This document shows positions 9,519-18,983 of a stretch of 36,093 bases of DNA, in pieces (position 1 is the stretch's first letter; each line of letters starts with the position of its first letter). This stretch comes from Nitrosopumilales archaeon (GTDB taxonomy: Archaea > Thermoproteota > Nitrososphaeria > Nitrososphaerales > Nitrososphaeraceae), in NCBI GenBank assembly GCA_044507735.1, contig JBIQJB010000023.1, forward strand, positions 1 to 36,093, written 5' to 3'. The position numbers and the translations under genes were made by a program. Below the pieces are notes generated by a model. It did not search any database and was not told the DNA's origin. It saw only the letters and a list, made by a program, of their open reading frames with translations.

Positions 9519-11621
9519 ATGAGGACGAGGATGGTACTCGCTATTTCTTTGATTATCATTTTGATATTGCCCTCACAGTTACTGCTTGCGGCAGCAGATG
9601 CCGACTCTACAACAATTCCTATCGAAATAGATAGCCAAGATGGTTACTACTCATACAGCATAGCTGTCAACGAGAGAACCAATACGGCTTATGCCACGCA
9701 TCCAAATTCCGACTATGTCTCTGTAATTGACACAGCTACAAACAGCATAATCAAGACCATCCAGACAGATCATACTCCCATCGGAATAGCAGTAAACCCA
9801 AACACCAACTTTATCTATGTTGGAAATAGCGGTTCTGGCATTGTTTCTGTGATAGATGGCTCTGTCAACGAAATCGTCAGTACGCTCAAAGTCACAAATC
9901 AATCCGGCTTTTACGCGATTGGCGGGGTTGCGGTGAATCAGAGGACGGACAAGGTATACGTGTTGACAAATGAAATGGGCTCGTCGGGCAATGAACGGTC
10001 CCACGCCCTGATCACAGTGATCAATGGCAGCACCAACAAAATTGAACAGACATTCAAGGTTGATGATCTGCGCTTGGATTTTGATGTTATCGATGACGCA
10101 AGGGGACTGGCCGTAAATTCTGAGACCGGAATGATCTATGTATCCATGACTTCTGGTTCCCTCTATGTTATCGATGGCTCTGACAACAAGGTCATGACGA
10201 GCGTTGTCCTCGGAACACGCGGCCATGGCGAAATGCCAACCTATGTTGCAGTAAACGAGAAAACTAACACTGTATTTGTCTCCTTGTTTGGTTCCCATTT
10301 TGTCTCGGTCATTAACGGCTCGGACAACAGAGTGATAGGTTCGGTCGACATAGGCGAGCTAGACCCGCAGGGACTCGCAGTTGACGAGTCGGCTGACAGC
10401 CTGTTCGTTGCAAGCGCAGGCGGCATTTCTATAGTAAATACCGCCTCATTGGAGCTTCACAAGACTGTTGCGGCAGGACGATTTCCGGTTGGGCTCGCAT
10501 ACAGTTCAAACAACAGATCGATCTATGTCGCCAACTGGGGCTCAAAATTCTTCTCTGTAATACCGGCTCCAAAAGCGCCTGAGCCGTCTGCCCCTTTTGC
10601 TCCAATAGTCATAACAAAGGTTGACCCCTGGGCCCCCTTGAGGGGATTGGACGAGAGAACAAGGCCGTGTCTACCGGAAGACAGCCTGGGTCAAGTGGAT
10701 GGCTTTGCGTACGCCTGGATTGAGCTCACCAACATCAAGAATAAAGCGATTGCAACTACCGGGCCCTTTACAATTGAGGTAAGGCCAGTCAATCCTCTCG
10801 GTATTGGGGGAGCTGGATCTGATTCTGAATTTCCTGGCAGGCTGGTGCTTGAACCAAACGAAAGCTGCATCATTTCCACAGCCAACCTTTTCAGTACAAG
10901 GCTGGGGGTGGGAGGCAGCGAGGGCAGCGGCCCGCCGCCTGGTGCGGATAAAGACGGCGCCACCGTCTCCATCAATTATTCAATAAACGATCCATCAATC
11001 TGGGGCGGAGAATATAGCGATAGCACGCCCGCTCTGTCCGATCCTTACGGAGACCTCGCATATTGGGAGCTGGATGCCGACAGCGGCCGGTGGATATTCA
11101 GAGACGACCTTGCCGGCATGCGAAACCTGACCAACATTACGCTAACACAGTTGACTTCGCCGGGGTCCGTACCCGTCATCGTAAACCTGACAATGCCTGA
11201 AGAAATCAGGGCACCATCTGTCGTCAAACTTGAGCTGAGCTTCTTCAATGCCACCACGAGGCAACTCATCAACGATAATGTGACAACCGTCGTCTACGAG
11301 ATCGAATACAAAGATTCGCCACTGCCCAATGCTACAGAGAAGTACAACGGTCAAACAAGCACCGGGAGTGACGTAAAGTATTTTGTAGCAAACCAGACTG
11401 GCTCAATTGACATAGCAGTCAAGATTACTGCCTTGAACAGGGAGGCTGCCGGCGGGTCCTTTGATCACCTTGATACCCCAGAGACCGCGCGGTTCACCGC
11501 GGTTGTGGTCCCGGAATTTGGAACGGCATTGGCGGACATCATCATTGCAGCGATATCGCTGGCTGCCATGGTTCTGGCTGTCAGAATCAAAATGTCTGGT
11601 GCCCGAGCTTTTTCGGGTTGA
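9519..11621 (+). CDS. YncE/YVTN beta-propeller surface protein with lamin-tail-like module and PEFG-CTERM anchor
   Basis: Repeats such as IAVNPNTNFIYVGNSGSGIVSVIDG; signal peptide from ATG 9519 or 9531; C-terminal VVPEFGT + TM + basic residues. Confidence 0.9.
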   Translation: MRTRMVLAISLIIILILPSQLLLAAADADSTTIPIEIDSQDGYYSYSIAVNERTNTAYATHPNSDYVSVIDTATNSIIKTIQTDHTPIGIAVNPNTNFIYVGNSGSGIVSVIDGSVNEIVSTLKVTNQSGFYAIGGVAVNQRTDKVYVLTNEMGSSGNERSHALITVINGSTNKIEQTFKVDDLRLDFDVIDDARGLAVNSETGMIYVSMTSGSLYVIDGSDNKVMTSVVLGTRGHGEMPTYVAVNEKTNTVFVSLFGSHFVSVINGSDNRVIGSVDIGELDPQGLAVDESADSLFVASAGGISIVNTASLELHKTVAAGRFPVGLAYSSNNRSIYVANWGSKFFSVIPAPKAPEPSAPFAPIVITKVDPWAPLRGLDERTRPCLPEDSLGQVDGFAYAWIELTNIKNKAIATTGPFTIEVRPVNPLGIGGAGSDSEFPGRLVLEPNESCIISTANLFSTRLGVGGSEGSGPPPGADKDGATVSINYSINDPSIWGGEYSDSTPALSDPYGDLAYWELDADSGRWIFRDDLAGMRNLTNITLTQLTSPGSVPVIVNLTMPEEIRAPSVVKLELSFFNATTRQLINDNVTTVVYEIEYKDSPLPNATEKYNGQTSTGSDVKYFVANQTGSIDIAVKITALNREAAGGSFDHLDTPETARFTAVVVPEFGTALADIIIAAISLAAMVLAVRIKMSGARAFSG

Positions 11622-11824
11622 ACCTGATGTCGATCCGCGCAGGCGTCATCGAAAATTCCCCGACGCCCCTGCCCTCCGGCTCGTCGCTGCCAAACAGCTC
11701 TCAAGCCGATCCCTGCTCTGCTAGGGAAAGCCGTGACCGTCGCGCCCATTTTGTGCCCTGATGTTCGCCTGGGTGCCTGACAACCCGTGGACAGGAAACA
11801 GACTGCCCCGAATCTTGTCCTTCG

Positions 11825-11852
11825 GTTAAATACTGACCGCACATTGTGGTGT
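11825..11852 (+). promoter_or_regulatory. Leaderless-type promoter GTTAAATA-N8-ACATTG-N6-ATG
   Basis: Same spacing and ACATTG hexamer as before GTG 16405 (+) and ATG 35693 (-). Confidence 0.6.
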
Positions 11853-12143
11853 ATGCTTCAGAACATCGAAGGGGACGAAAAGGCAAAGGTAACCAAAGTA
11901 GTGGTCGCCGCATTGATACTTGGCACGTCTGTTGCACTGGCAGGTCCAATCATAGGATGGCTCTCAGGAGTCGATATAAGCAACCCATCCGTCTGCACAT
12001 CGGGACAGACCATTACAAGCGGCAGTAGTGGATGTCTTCCACCACAGTTGGCAAACCTGATGAGAAACGGCATGACCATAATGATCCTCGTAGGCGCCTT
12101 CATAGCAGCTGTTGGGATCATAATCGGATTTGTCAAGTTGTAA
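11853..12143 (+). CDS. Small two-TM protein, candidate VirB2/TrbC-like conjugative pilin (96 aa)
   Basis: Two Gly-rich hydrophobic helices separated by a Cys-bracketed loop; size and context near VirB4; shared promoter motif. Confidence 0.5.
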   Translation: MLQNIEGDEKAKVTKVVVAALILGTSVALAGPIIGWLSGVDISNPSVCTSGQTITSGSSGCLPPQLANLMRNGMTIMILVGAFIAAVGIIIGFVKL

Positions 12144-12273
12144 ATCCTGCCCGTTTTCTTTTCTGTTATTTCCTGGTGATTGATGGGGGCGACGGAATGG
12201 CTGCCTTGAGAGATCGTGCAGACACGAATGCGATTACCGATGTGGTCAAAGTGGTGCAAAGTCACGAGAGAGG

Positions 12274-12810
12274 ATGAGGGCGGTGAACAAGACGGCAAGG
12301 AAAAGGTCAATAGCCATGATGGCTGCTGGAATGGGAGCGGCAGTTACTGCCATATTCGCCTGTGTGTATGTGTGGAGACTTCAAGACATCACTTCATCAT
12401 CCATTCTTGCAGTCTCATTTACCACGTTCTGGCTCTTTGCCTGGCAGCTTGACGCGCGCCTTACCGCAAGGAACTGGCAGCACGTGATGAAAGGAGACGA
12501 GTCCAACATCTTTGTGAACTTTATGGCCGGGCACGTCACACGCGGCAGGACATGGCTTACGCTGGCGTTGCACGCGGCTTTTATCGTCACAGTGGCATGT
12601 GCCATGGCGGCCGCAGTGTCTGTTGCGATTTCCTCCTTGGATATGATTGATAGTGTAGCGGGAGAAGCCAGTCATGCCCAAACCCTGATGATTTTCTTTG
12701 TACTTGCGTCTGCATTCCTGGCCTTCTTTGGCACAGGCCACCTTGACGCGTACCTTTGCAACAAAGATTTTCTGAGTTCTGCGCCTTCAAAGGAGAAGAG
12801 ACACGGATGA
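12274..12810 (+). CDS. Four-TM membrane protein (DUF5658-like motif)
   Basis: Four hydrophobic segments; LDARLT...DESNIF resembles the D..T...E.NP motif of that family. Confidence 0.6.
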   Translation: MRAVNKTARKRSIAMMAAGMGAAVTAIFACVYVWRLQDITSSSILAVSFTTFWLFAWQLDARLTARNWQHVMKGDESNIFVNFMAGHVTRGRTWLTLALHAAFIVTVACAMAAAVSVAISSLDMIDSVAGEASHAQTLMIFFVLASAFLAFFGTGHLDAYLCNKDFLSSAPSKEKRHG

Positions 12811-12811
12811 G

Positions 12812-13176
12812 ATGGAGGTGGAAAGAGGTAGAGGTGAAGCGGTCGACGCCATGAAACTGCATACAAAATATTACTTGCGGTTTTTGTGGCTGTGCCGACT
12901 CACAGGGCTTGCGGACAGCCAGCTGCGCATGTTCATAGCTTCGATCGAGTCGGGAGAACAAAAGCGACTAGCGACTATATCTTCAAACTACTGTGTGTGA
13001 AACGCGCAGGGAAGGACATTCTCTACAGCATCGAAGTGTATTTTGTAGTGATGGACAACAACAACCACAATGATGGCAGTAGAAAGTCTAGGCCCCATCT
13101 CGTGCTAAAGTCTCCGCTGCTGGTTGACGCCCCTCGACGGAACAGCAAGAGGCATATCCGTGCAGCAGGCAGCTGA
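12812..13176 (+). pseudogene. Hypothetical gene split by a 2-bp slip in a (TG)4 tract
   Basis: ORF 12812-13000 ends ...SNYCV*; removing one TG at 12992-12999 joins it to KRAGKDILYSIEVYF... ending 13176 (~120 aa). Confidence 0.4.
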
Positions 13177-13350
13177 CGCCCTGGCACAACACACCCATGG
13201 AAGGAGAACCTGCCCAATTACGCTAATCCAAAAGTGATGTATTTGCAAAAATCATTGAAATCTGGCCACCGATCACATGCCGCAGGAAAACACCTTGGTA
13301 ACGGCATGGCTTGGCGAAGCTAGCATTGCTGTTGCCGCTGTCATAACGTT

Positions 13351-14694
13351 TCATATTTCATGGTCCACTGCTATCACAACAAACCTCGTGGCAATGCTCA
13401 CCTTTTTCAAGAACTTCTCCACCTCGCTCTTTCTATCTGTCGCGAGCTGCTTCACGTCGTCAAGATCGACGGTGCCGGAAGCAAGTCCGAGGAATTCTAC
13501 CTGCTTGGGGCTGAGGCAGAACACCTGACTGCCGTTGCTCCCGTCGTCGCCGTCGCTGCGTATCACATTTACTGGCCCGAACTCTTCTATCCTGCACACG
13601 ACACCGGTGGACTTGTCGACGATCTGCTGCTTTCCGCAATGGAGGCAGTGTATGATGGACTTGTTGCTGTCAGGCAATATTACGCCGCTGGCACCCTTCT
13701 TGTCGCTTGTGGCAGCAACCGGCAGATGAGATCCAATGTCGCCGCCATGATCATCACCATCGCCGCTCCCGGCACCGTACTCCAGCATTGCACCGCCACC
13801 CGCAGCCGGCCCCGTTGACGTCCTCTGGACAGCAGTTGATGACGATGGTGATGGCGGCGGTGATCGCGGGGTTGCCATCATGGCCGCAACGGTCTTTTTC
13901 TGCTTGAGCGCCGCCGCCATCGCCATAACCTGGTCCGGCGTAGGAAAGACAAAGCGCTCCTGTGATCTTAGCATGTTGAGATAGCCCAGTATGTTTTCGA
14001 TCAGCGTCTTCATCCTCCGCTGTATCTCTTCCATTCGCTCCCGCTCGCCCCTGCCTGAAGGTATGTCGCTGCTGCACGTTTCGTACACGGCTATGAAAAA
14101 GTGCGGTGGAACCTCCACGTGTGGAAATACAGCTGCCTTTTCCATGAGATATTTCTGCAGCATCGCCCTCAGCTCCGCATCGTACGCGCCAAGGATCAGC
14201 TGCACCGCGCGCTTCATCACCTCGCCGATAGGCATAGCTGCGTACGGGTCGCTTACCCCTTGCTTTGCAAGGAACGCTATCGCGTTTGCCATATTCAGGG
14301 GGTTGAGAGGCGACGTGACATTGCGCTTGACGTGCTCTGATACTACCTGTGCAACGTCGTCTGCGACGAGTTCATCGCTCACCACGACTTCAGCCAGTCC
14401 TGCAGCCCTGCATGCGTCGACCCGCGCATGGCCGTCTACGATGTAGAACTTGTCTCCCACTCTGGCCACTGCAATGCCGTCGATGGGCCGGTCAGCTTCT
14501 ATCGTGGCTGCTATGTTGTCAATGAATTGAGTCGTGTGCAGCCTTACCCTCACCGGGCTTGGCAAGAGTGCCGATATTGGTAGAGTATGTGTACGCGCTG
14601 GCATGCTATTACTATTGCTCCTGCTGCCGTTTAGCTTCTCTTCATTTTCCTTTTTGCCTGACGTCGATGATGATTTCATACCTGCGACGCTCAC
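13351..14694 (-). CDS. ParB/Srx N-terminal domain protein with low-complexity linker and C-terminal CxxC domain
   Basis: LPISALLPSP...IAVARVGDKFYIVDGHARVDAC; C-terminal CLHCGK; GTGA overlap with the upstream gene. Confidence 0.85.
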   Translation of the reverse strand: MSVAGMKSSSTSGKKENEEKLNGSRSNSNSMPARTHTLPISALLPSPVRVRLHTTQFIDNIAATIEADRPIDGIAVARVGDKFYIVDGHARVDACRAAGLAEVVVSDELVADDVAQVVSEHVKRNVTSPLNPLNMANAIAFLAKQGVSDPYAAMPIGEVMKRAVQLILGAYDAELRAMLQKYLMEKAAVFPHVEVPPHFFIAVYETCSSDIPSGRGERERMEEIQRRMKTLIENILGYLNMLRSQERFVFPTPDQVMAMAAALKQKKTVAAMMATPRSPPPSPSSSTAVQRTSTGPAAGGGAMLEYGAGSGDGDDHGGDIGSHLPVAATSDKKGASGVILPDSNKSIIHCLHCGKQQIVDKSTGVVCRIEEFGPVNVIRSDGDDGSNGSQVFCLSPKQVEFLGLASGTVDLDDVKQLATDRKSEVEKFLKKVSIATRFVVIAVDHEI

Positions 14695-15545
14695 CTCCCA
14701 CCAGTGTTTTTCTCCATCTTGCCAAGCGCGATCCCAGTCCGCGCCGCATGCGCGGACAGCACCGACTGCCGCTGCCCTGGCAATGCACCATCGCTGCTAC
14801 TCAAGAACCGCCTGGCAATGATTCCATGCATCCACATTGCAGAGGCTGTGTACCGCATCCCGTCTCCAGGCTGCATCGGCAGCCCTTCGACCCTGGTAGA
14901 CACCATGATGCGCAGATGGTAGAGGTCCCGCATGCGTGTGTGTCTTGTGCCAAATGCCGACGACACTGCACTTGCTGCCTCGTATTCGTCCACCGTGCTG
15001 CAATAGCAGCAGATCGAATACAACGCCGCTTCGGCTGCACTTATGACCCTGGGTTTTGTCATACACAGCTGCCTGTAGACCTTGCAGAACACCTGCCATG
15101 CACACTCGGCATCAACAGGAGACATGGCGAGCCTGTCGCAAGCGTTTGAAAATGCACTGAGGTATCTGCTTGCGCTGGCATGATCTGAGCCATTCTTGGC
15201 GATCTTGAGGCTTCTGCTGTCAGAGAGCGAAAGCATCTCTTGCATCTTGGCATTCGTAGTGGCCGCTTCTGCGCTGCCAAGCTGGTGGTTCACGTACAGG
15301 TTGACCTTTGACTTTGTTGTTTGTTGCCGCTGCGTTTGGATGGCCACCGCAGCGTTCTCTTCAGCCGCATCAGGCGAAAGCACCGCGCCACACTTGACAC
15401 ACACATGCTCCAAGCCGTCGGGTGTCAATCGCGGATCGTGCGTGCATTCATCATAATGGCTGGCGTGACTGGCCGGAAAAGTGGCAGGAGTGGAGATAGA
15501 ATTGTTGTTGTTGTTGTTCTTGACGTTTGACTTTGAAATACTCAC
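14691..15545 (-). CDS. Divergent TFB/TFIIB-like protein (Zn ribbon + cyclin-like repeat)
   Basis: CTH...DGLEHVCVKCGAVL ribbon; FSNACDRLAMSPVDAECAWQVF...AEAALYSIC resembles TFB cyclin repeat 1. Confidence 0.7.
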   Translation of the reverse strand: MSISKSNVKNNNNNNSISTPATFPASHASHYDECTHDPRLTPDGLEHVCVKCGAVLSPDAAEENAAVAIQTQRQQTTKSKVNLYVNHQLGSAEAATTNAKMQEMLSLSDSRSLKIAKNGSDHASASRYLSAFSNACDRLAMSPVDAECAWQVFCKVYRQLCMTKPRVISAAEAALYSICCYCSTVDEYEAASAVSSAFGTRHTRMRDLYHLRIMVSTRVEGLPMQPGDGMRYTASAMWMHGIIARRFLSSSDGALPGQRQSVLSAHAARTGIALGKMEKNTGGR

Positions 15546-15561
15546 ATAATGCTAGATACGA

Positions 15562-15599
15562 GGTGTAGCACATAAAATTGCCTATGGTGTAGTACATAA
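15562..15599. repeat. 14-bp direct repeat GGTGTAG(C/T)ACATAA, 24-bp period
   Basis: 15562-15575 and 15586-15599, 13/14 identical, directly upstream of the TFB-like gene. Confidence 0.75.
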
Positions 15600-15725
15600 G
15601 CATATCGCTGTATCATGCGAGTAGCTGCATTTCTCTTTTGATTCATGCACTAGAGTATTTTGTAATAAACGCGTATGTGAGAATCAACTTTTTATTCTGT
15701 CTGTCGTCAAGGCAAGAGTTGCTGC

Positions 15726-15751
15726 GTACACCAACGAACCCGTTGGTGTAC
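15726..15751. repeat. Perfect 11-bp inverted repeat GTACACCAACG-AACC-CGTTGGTGTAC
   Basis: Read directly; intergenic between the TFB-like and PrgI-like genes. Confidence 0.9.
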
Positions 15752-15965
15752 ACATGGGTTTCGAGTCTAAAGTAGGTTCTCTAGCCTTGAAAATGGATGT
15801 GTTTAGGTAGAAAATGGCTCCAATCCCATCAGTGCTGCCGGTTACCTGTGGGCCGTACAGCAATATGGTGAGTACCATTCAAAGTGAGACTCGAAGACAA
15901 ACTCGGGTGATGTGAATATCGATGTTGGGCCGATTCTTGCTTTAGCAGCCGCCGCCTATTTTTCC

Positions 15966-16340
15966 TCAGACGACCGTCTTGGTTGGTGTTGCGTCCGCAA
16001 ACATCGCAGCGATGTGTTTCTTCTCAGTTGTTCGACTGGAACGCGTGGCAAAGAACCTGATTGCCGACATCAAGTATTCCTCCGCTGTCATCACACGCGG
16101 CCTGTAGAATGCCATTATCAATGACACACCTGCCACCGCAACAGCGGAGTATGGGTTGACAGTCGCCAGCCCGTATGCAAGAAGCAATCCTGTGAATAGC
16201 AGGGCGAGTTGCTTCATAGTCAGCACTACGAATCCTATCGAAAATATCGGCTCAGAGAAAACTCCCATGCTGCTGAACCATATCACGTCGATGTGTTGGA
16301 TCGGCGCAGATTGTTGTGATGTTGTTATTGTGGCTGTCAT
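15966..16340 (-). CDS. PrgI/VirB3-like small membrane protein (124 aa)
   Basis: EPIFSIGFVVLTMKQLALL, two TMs, YRPRVMTAEEYLMSAIRFF; adjacent to VirB4. Start reassigned to ATG 16340. Confidence 0.7.
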   Translation of the reverse strand: MTATITTSQQSAPIQHIDVIWFSSMGVFSEPIFSIGFVVLTMKQLALLFTGLLLAYGLATVNPYSAVAVAGVSLIMAFYRPRVMTAEEYLMSAIRFFATRSSRTTEKKHIAAMFADATPTKTVV

Positions 16341-16376
16341 GTTGTTATACCTTCTCGCATAGGAAGTGCAGGCCGC

Positions 16377-16404
16377 CTTAAAAGACGCCGGCACATTGGG
16401 GTGC
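16377..16404 (+). promoter_or_regulatory. Promoter CTTAAAAG-N8-ACATTG-N6-GTG of the VirB4-pilin operon
   Basis: Motif and spacing shared with other element genes. Confidence 0.6.
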
Positions 16405-18561
16405 GTGGGCAAAACTAGCGGGAATGAGGACAAGAGCAACAAGCTGGGTGGCAGGATATTTTCATCATTCCGGATGGGGAGGAAGCTAGGACAGGTCCGG
16501 CGCCGGCAGGATGAGCCGAGTGCGAATTTGAATGCCGCTGGAAAGCAAGGATCAGTGCAGCGCAACGGCCCGGCGCAGGCACAAAAGCGCATGCAAAAAC
16601 AATACACATATGCGTTTGAAATCCGGCCTACCAACTTTTTCTCGCTGCCAGATGAAAAACAGCGTGTCGTGCTGACGCGCTTTTTGCAGCTGATAAACGC
16701 TGCTACAAGCGACGGCGCTCCTGTGCTGCTTACTGTGGCAAGGGCACGGGTAGACTTTGAAGGCACAGGCTACAGCACTGTGCGCACGTTCGTGTCCACC
16801 ACCGGCAGGGACGGAGACGGCAGGAGCGCCGCACTTTACCACTATCTCTCGGCTCTTGGATTCAACCCGGAGCCAGTGGGCAATGACGGCGGTAGCAGTA
16901 ATAATGAATTGCCTGTCATAGACGTCATATCGGAGAGCCCGCGCAGCGTGTCTGTGCGCTACGGCTATCATGGCGCTGGCGATAGTCGCGACTACAACTA
17001 CGGCCATATCAGGTGCAGGACCTTTGTGCTGATTGCTCCGAGGTACTCGATGCAGCCAGCATGGGTACACTCTCTCATGCAGCACTGCGACCTTGTGCGA
17101 GTCAGGGTAGAAAAGATAAGCCCGGAGAGGTCCATAGCGATGGCGCAAAAGTACAGGTCGACGGTGGAGGTGGCGCTGCGCAGGAACCCAAACCTGACAC
17201 ACAAGTTCCAGCGCGCTTCAGCATTGTATGAGGGACTCCAGTCACAGTCGACGGCGCTCTTCAACGTCGGCCTCTCGTGCACAATATTTGCAGCAGACGG
17301 GAAGGAGCTCGACACAAGGAGCAGGGAATTTGTAAAGGCCATGAACGCGTCGGAAATGCGGTTTGCCGACGTTCCGTTTGTCCAGCGCGAGCTGGCAGCG
17401 GGCACCTGGAGGAAGAAAGACGCGATAGCTGACCTTGGCACTCTGGCAGTGGTATACCCATTCGTGTCTGCAGACCTGCTGGAAGTCGGGAAGGGGATAT
17501 TGCTTGGCCAGAACGTGGAGACAGGGTCTCCTGTCGTCTACGACTATATGATGCGAAGCAACTACAACGTGGTGCTGCTCGCCTCGTCGGGCGCAGGCAA
17601 GTCGGTCACCGCCAAGACGATACTAAAGCGCGTGACAGAAAAGCATCCCGGTGCATATGTGTACGTAGTTGACCCGCAGGGCGAATATGAAAGGATAGCC
17701 GACTATTTCGGCCTTTCAGTGGTGAAACTCACAGACCCTGTCACGGGAAAGGTACGCCGGATGGGGCTTGACCCCTACGCGCTGTTTGAGCCGCTTGACG
17801 TTCCGCAGGTCATTGCAGACATTGCCGGAGCGGACGATATTGCAAGAAAAGAGATAACGGCAAGATCGACCTCTGCCAGGTCCATATTCGACCTTTACTC
17901 GCAAGTGAGCGGCGATACAAAGAAGCACCTGATGCAGCTGGTGGAGGGACCCTTCTCAGAGCTGTTCAGGGAAGAGTCTGGAGCCGACAATAGTGCCGCC
18001 ACCGCTGCAGGCATGCTCTCCCGGACTATTATTTCACTGCAAGGCGCTTACGAAAACAAGGAGAGGCAGGCGATACTGCTCACGCTGGCGCTTGCAAAGG
18101 CATGGAAGTACCTCATATCCGCACCGGCACACGTGCCAAAGGTCCTCGTGGTGGACGAGGGATGGCTTGTGTTCAAGATACCCTCTACCGCCCGCTTTAT
18201 TGAGATGATTGCGCGCACCGGACGCAAGCTGAACGTGCTATTCCTGTTCATCAGCCAGAACCCCGAAGACGTGATAAAGCAGGAGACGGGAAGGGCGATT
18301 CTGGAGAACGCTGACACCAAGATATTGCTGAGAAACACCGAGATAGCCGCTCACATGGTGGCCGAGACCCTGTGGCTTTCGCAGCGTGAGAAAGAGATGC
18401 TTCCGGTGCTGCAGAACGGCGAGGCGCTCATGTTTGCTGGCGAGCACAGGCTGCGGGTAAAGATAACGCCGAGGTCGCAAGAAGAGCTCCGGGTATTTTC
18501 GACGAATCCTGTGGCCTCTGTGAACGATGGAAATGCGACAAGTATGGTGGATAAGAGATGA
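16405..18561 (+). CDS. VirB4-like type IV secretion/conjugation ATPase (~718 aa)
   Basis: Walker A ASSGAGKS, VVDPQGEY, Walker B VLVVDEGW, RTGRKLN...ISQNPED, ILENADTKILL; N-terminal IRPTNFFSLPDEKQ domain. Confidence 0.88.
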   Translation: MGKTSGNEDKSNKLGGRIFSSFRMGRKLGQVRRRQDEPSANLNAAGKQGSVQRNGPAQAQKRMQKQYTYAFEIRPTNFFSLPDEKQRVVLTRFLQLINAATSDGAPVLLTVARARVDFEGTGYSTVRTFVSTTGRDGDGRSAALYHYLSALGFNPEPVGNDGGSSNNELPVIDVISESPRSVSVRYGYHGAGDSRDYNYGHIRCRTFVLIAPRYSMQPAWVHSLMQHCDLVRVRVEKISPERSIAMAQKYRSTVEVALRRNPNLTHKFQRASALYEGLQSQSTALFNVGLSCTIFAADGKELDTRSREFVKAMNASEMRFADVPFVQRELAAGTWRKKDAIADLGTLAVVYPFVSADLLEVGKGILLGQNVETGSPVVYDYMMRSNYNVVLLASSGAGKSVTAKTILKRVTEKHPGAYVYVVDPQGEYERIADYFGLSVVKLTDPVTGKVRRMGLDPYALFEPLDVPQVIADIAGADDIARKEITARSTSARSIFDLYSQVSGDTKKHLMQLVEGPFSELFREESGADNSAATAAGMLSRTIISLQGAYENKERQAILLTLALAKAWKYLISAPAHVPKVLVVDEGWLVFKIPSTARFIEMIARTGRKLNVLFLFISQNPEDVIKQETGRAILENADTKILLRNTEIAAHMVAETLWLSQREKEMLPVLQNGEALMFAGEHRLRVKITPRSQEELRVFSTNPVASVNDGNATSMVDKR

Positions 18562-18983
18562 CTCTGCAGTCTGAACGGCGAGCCGTAAGCCCTGCCATAG
18601 CCACAATCGCACTCGTTGCAGTAGCTGCGGCTGCAGCTGCCATCGCGGGCTCTGACATGATGAGAAAGACCGCGTTGTCGCAGCCTGCAATGCCTGTTGA
18701 AATTTCCGAGATATTCATGATAAAGATATCCGATACGAAGGCTCATTTTCACGCAGTCTACAAGATGCAGCCCGGCTGGACGACAGCGGCATCATCGGTG
18801 AATGCATCGTTCAAGGACGATTCAGGTGCCACGGTATCGTTCAACCTGCCGACTGGCTCTACCACATTCGACTCGGTGATCAAAGCACAAGTCAGCATTG
18901 GCCAGAGGTACAACTTTATTATCATAGCTGCTGGGAGCGATGGAAATAGCGCTACAGTAACAATGCCTGTCTTTACGAGATGA
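18558..18983 (+). CDS. Archaeal type IV pilin (class III signal peptide)
   Basis: ERRA-VSPAIATIALVAVA; ATGA overlap with the VirB4 stop. Confidence 0.85.
   Translation: MTLQSERRAVSPAIATIALVAVAAAAAAIAGSDMMRKTALSQPAMPVEISEIFMIKISDTKAHFHAVYKMQPGWTTAASSVNASFKDDSGATVSFNLPTGSTTFDSVIKAQVSIGQRYNFIIIAAGSDGNSATVTMPVFTR

Noticed and set aside
11622-11824. GC-rich gap as a tRNA, att site or ncRNA at the element boundary
   Set aside because: No cloverleaf or partner direct repeat found by eye; may be a gene remnant.
15684-15878. 64-aa minus-strand ORF
   Set aside because: No motif; it overlaps the perfect hairpin, which is better explained as a cis element.
16341-16766. N-terminal extension of the 266-aa minus-strand ORF
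   Set aside because: Antisense to VirB4; the recognisable PrgI-like protein begins at ATG 16340.
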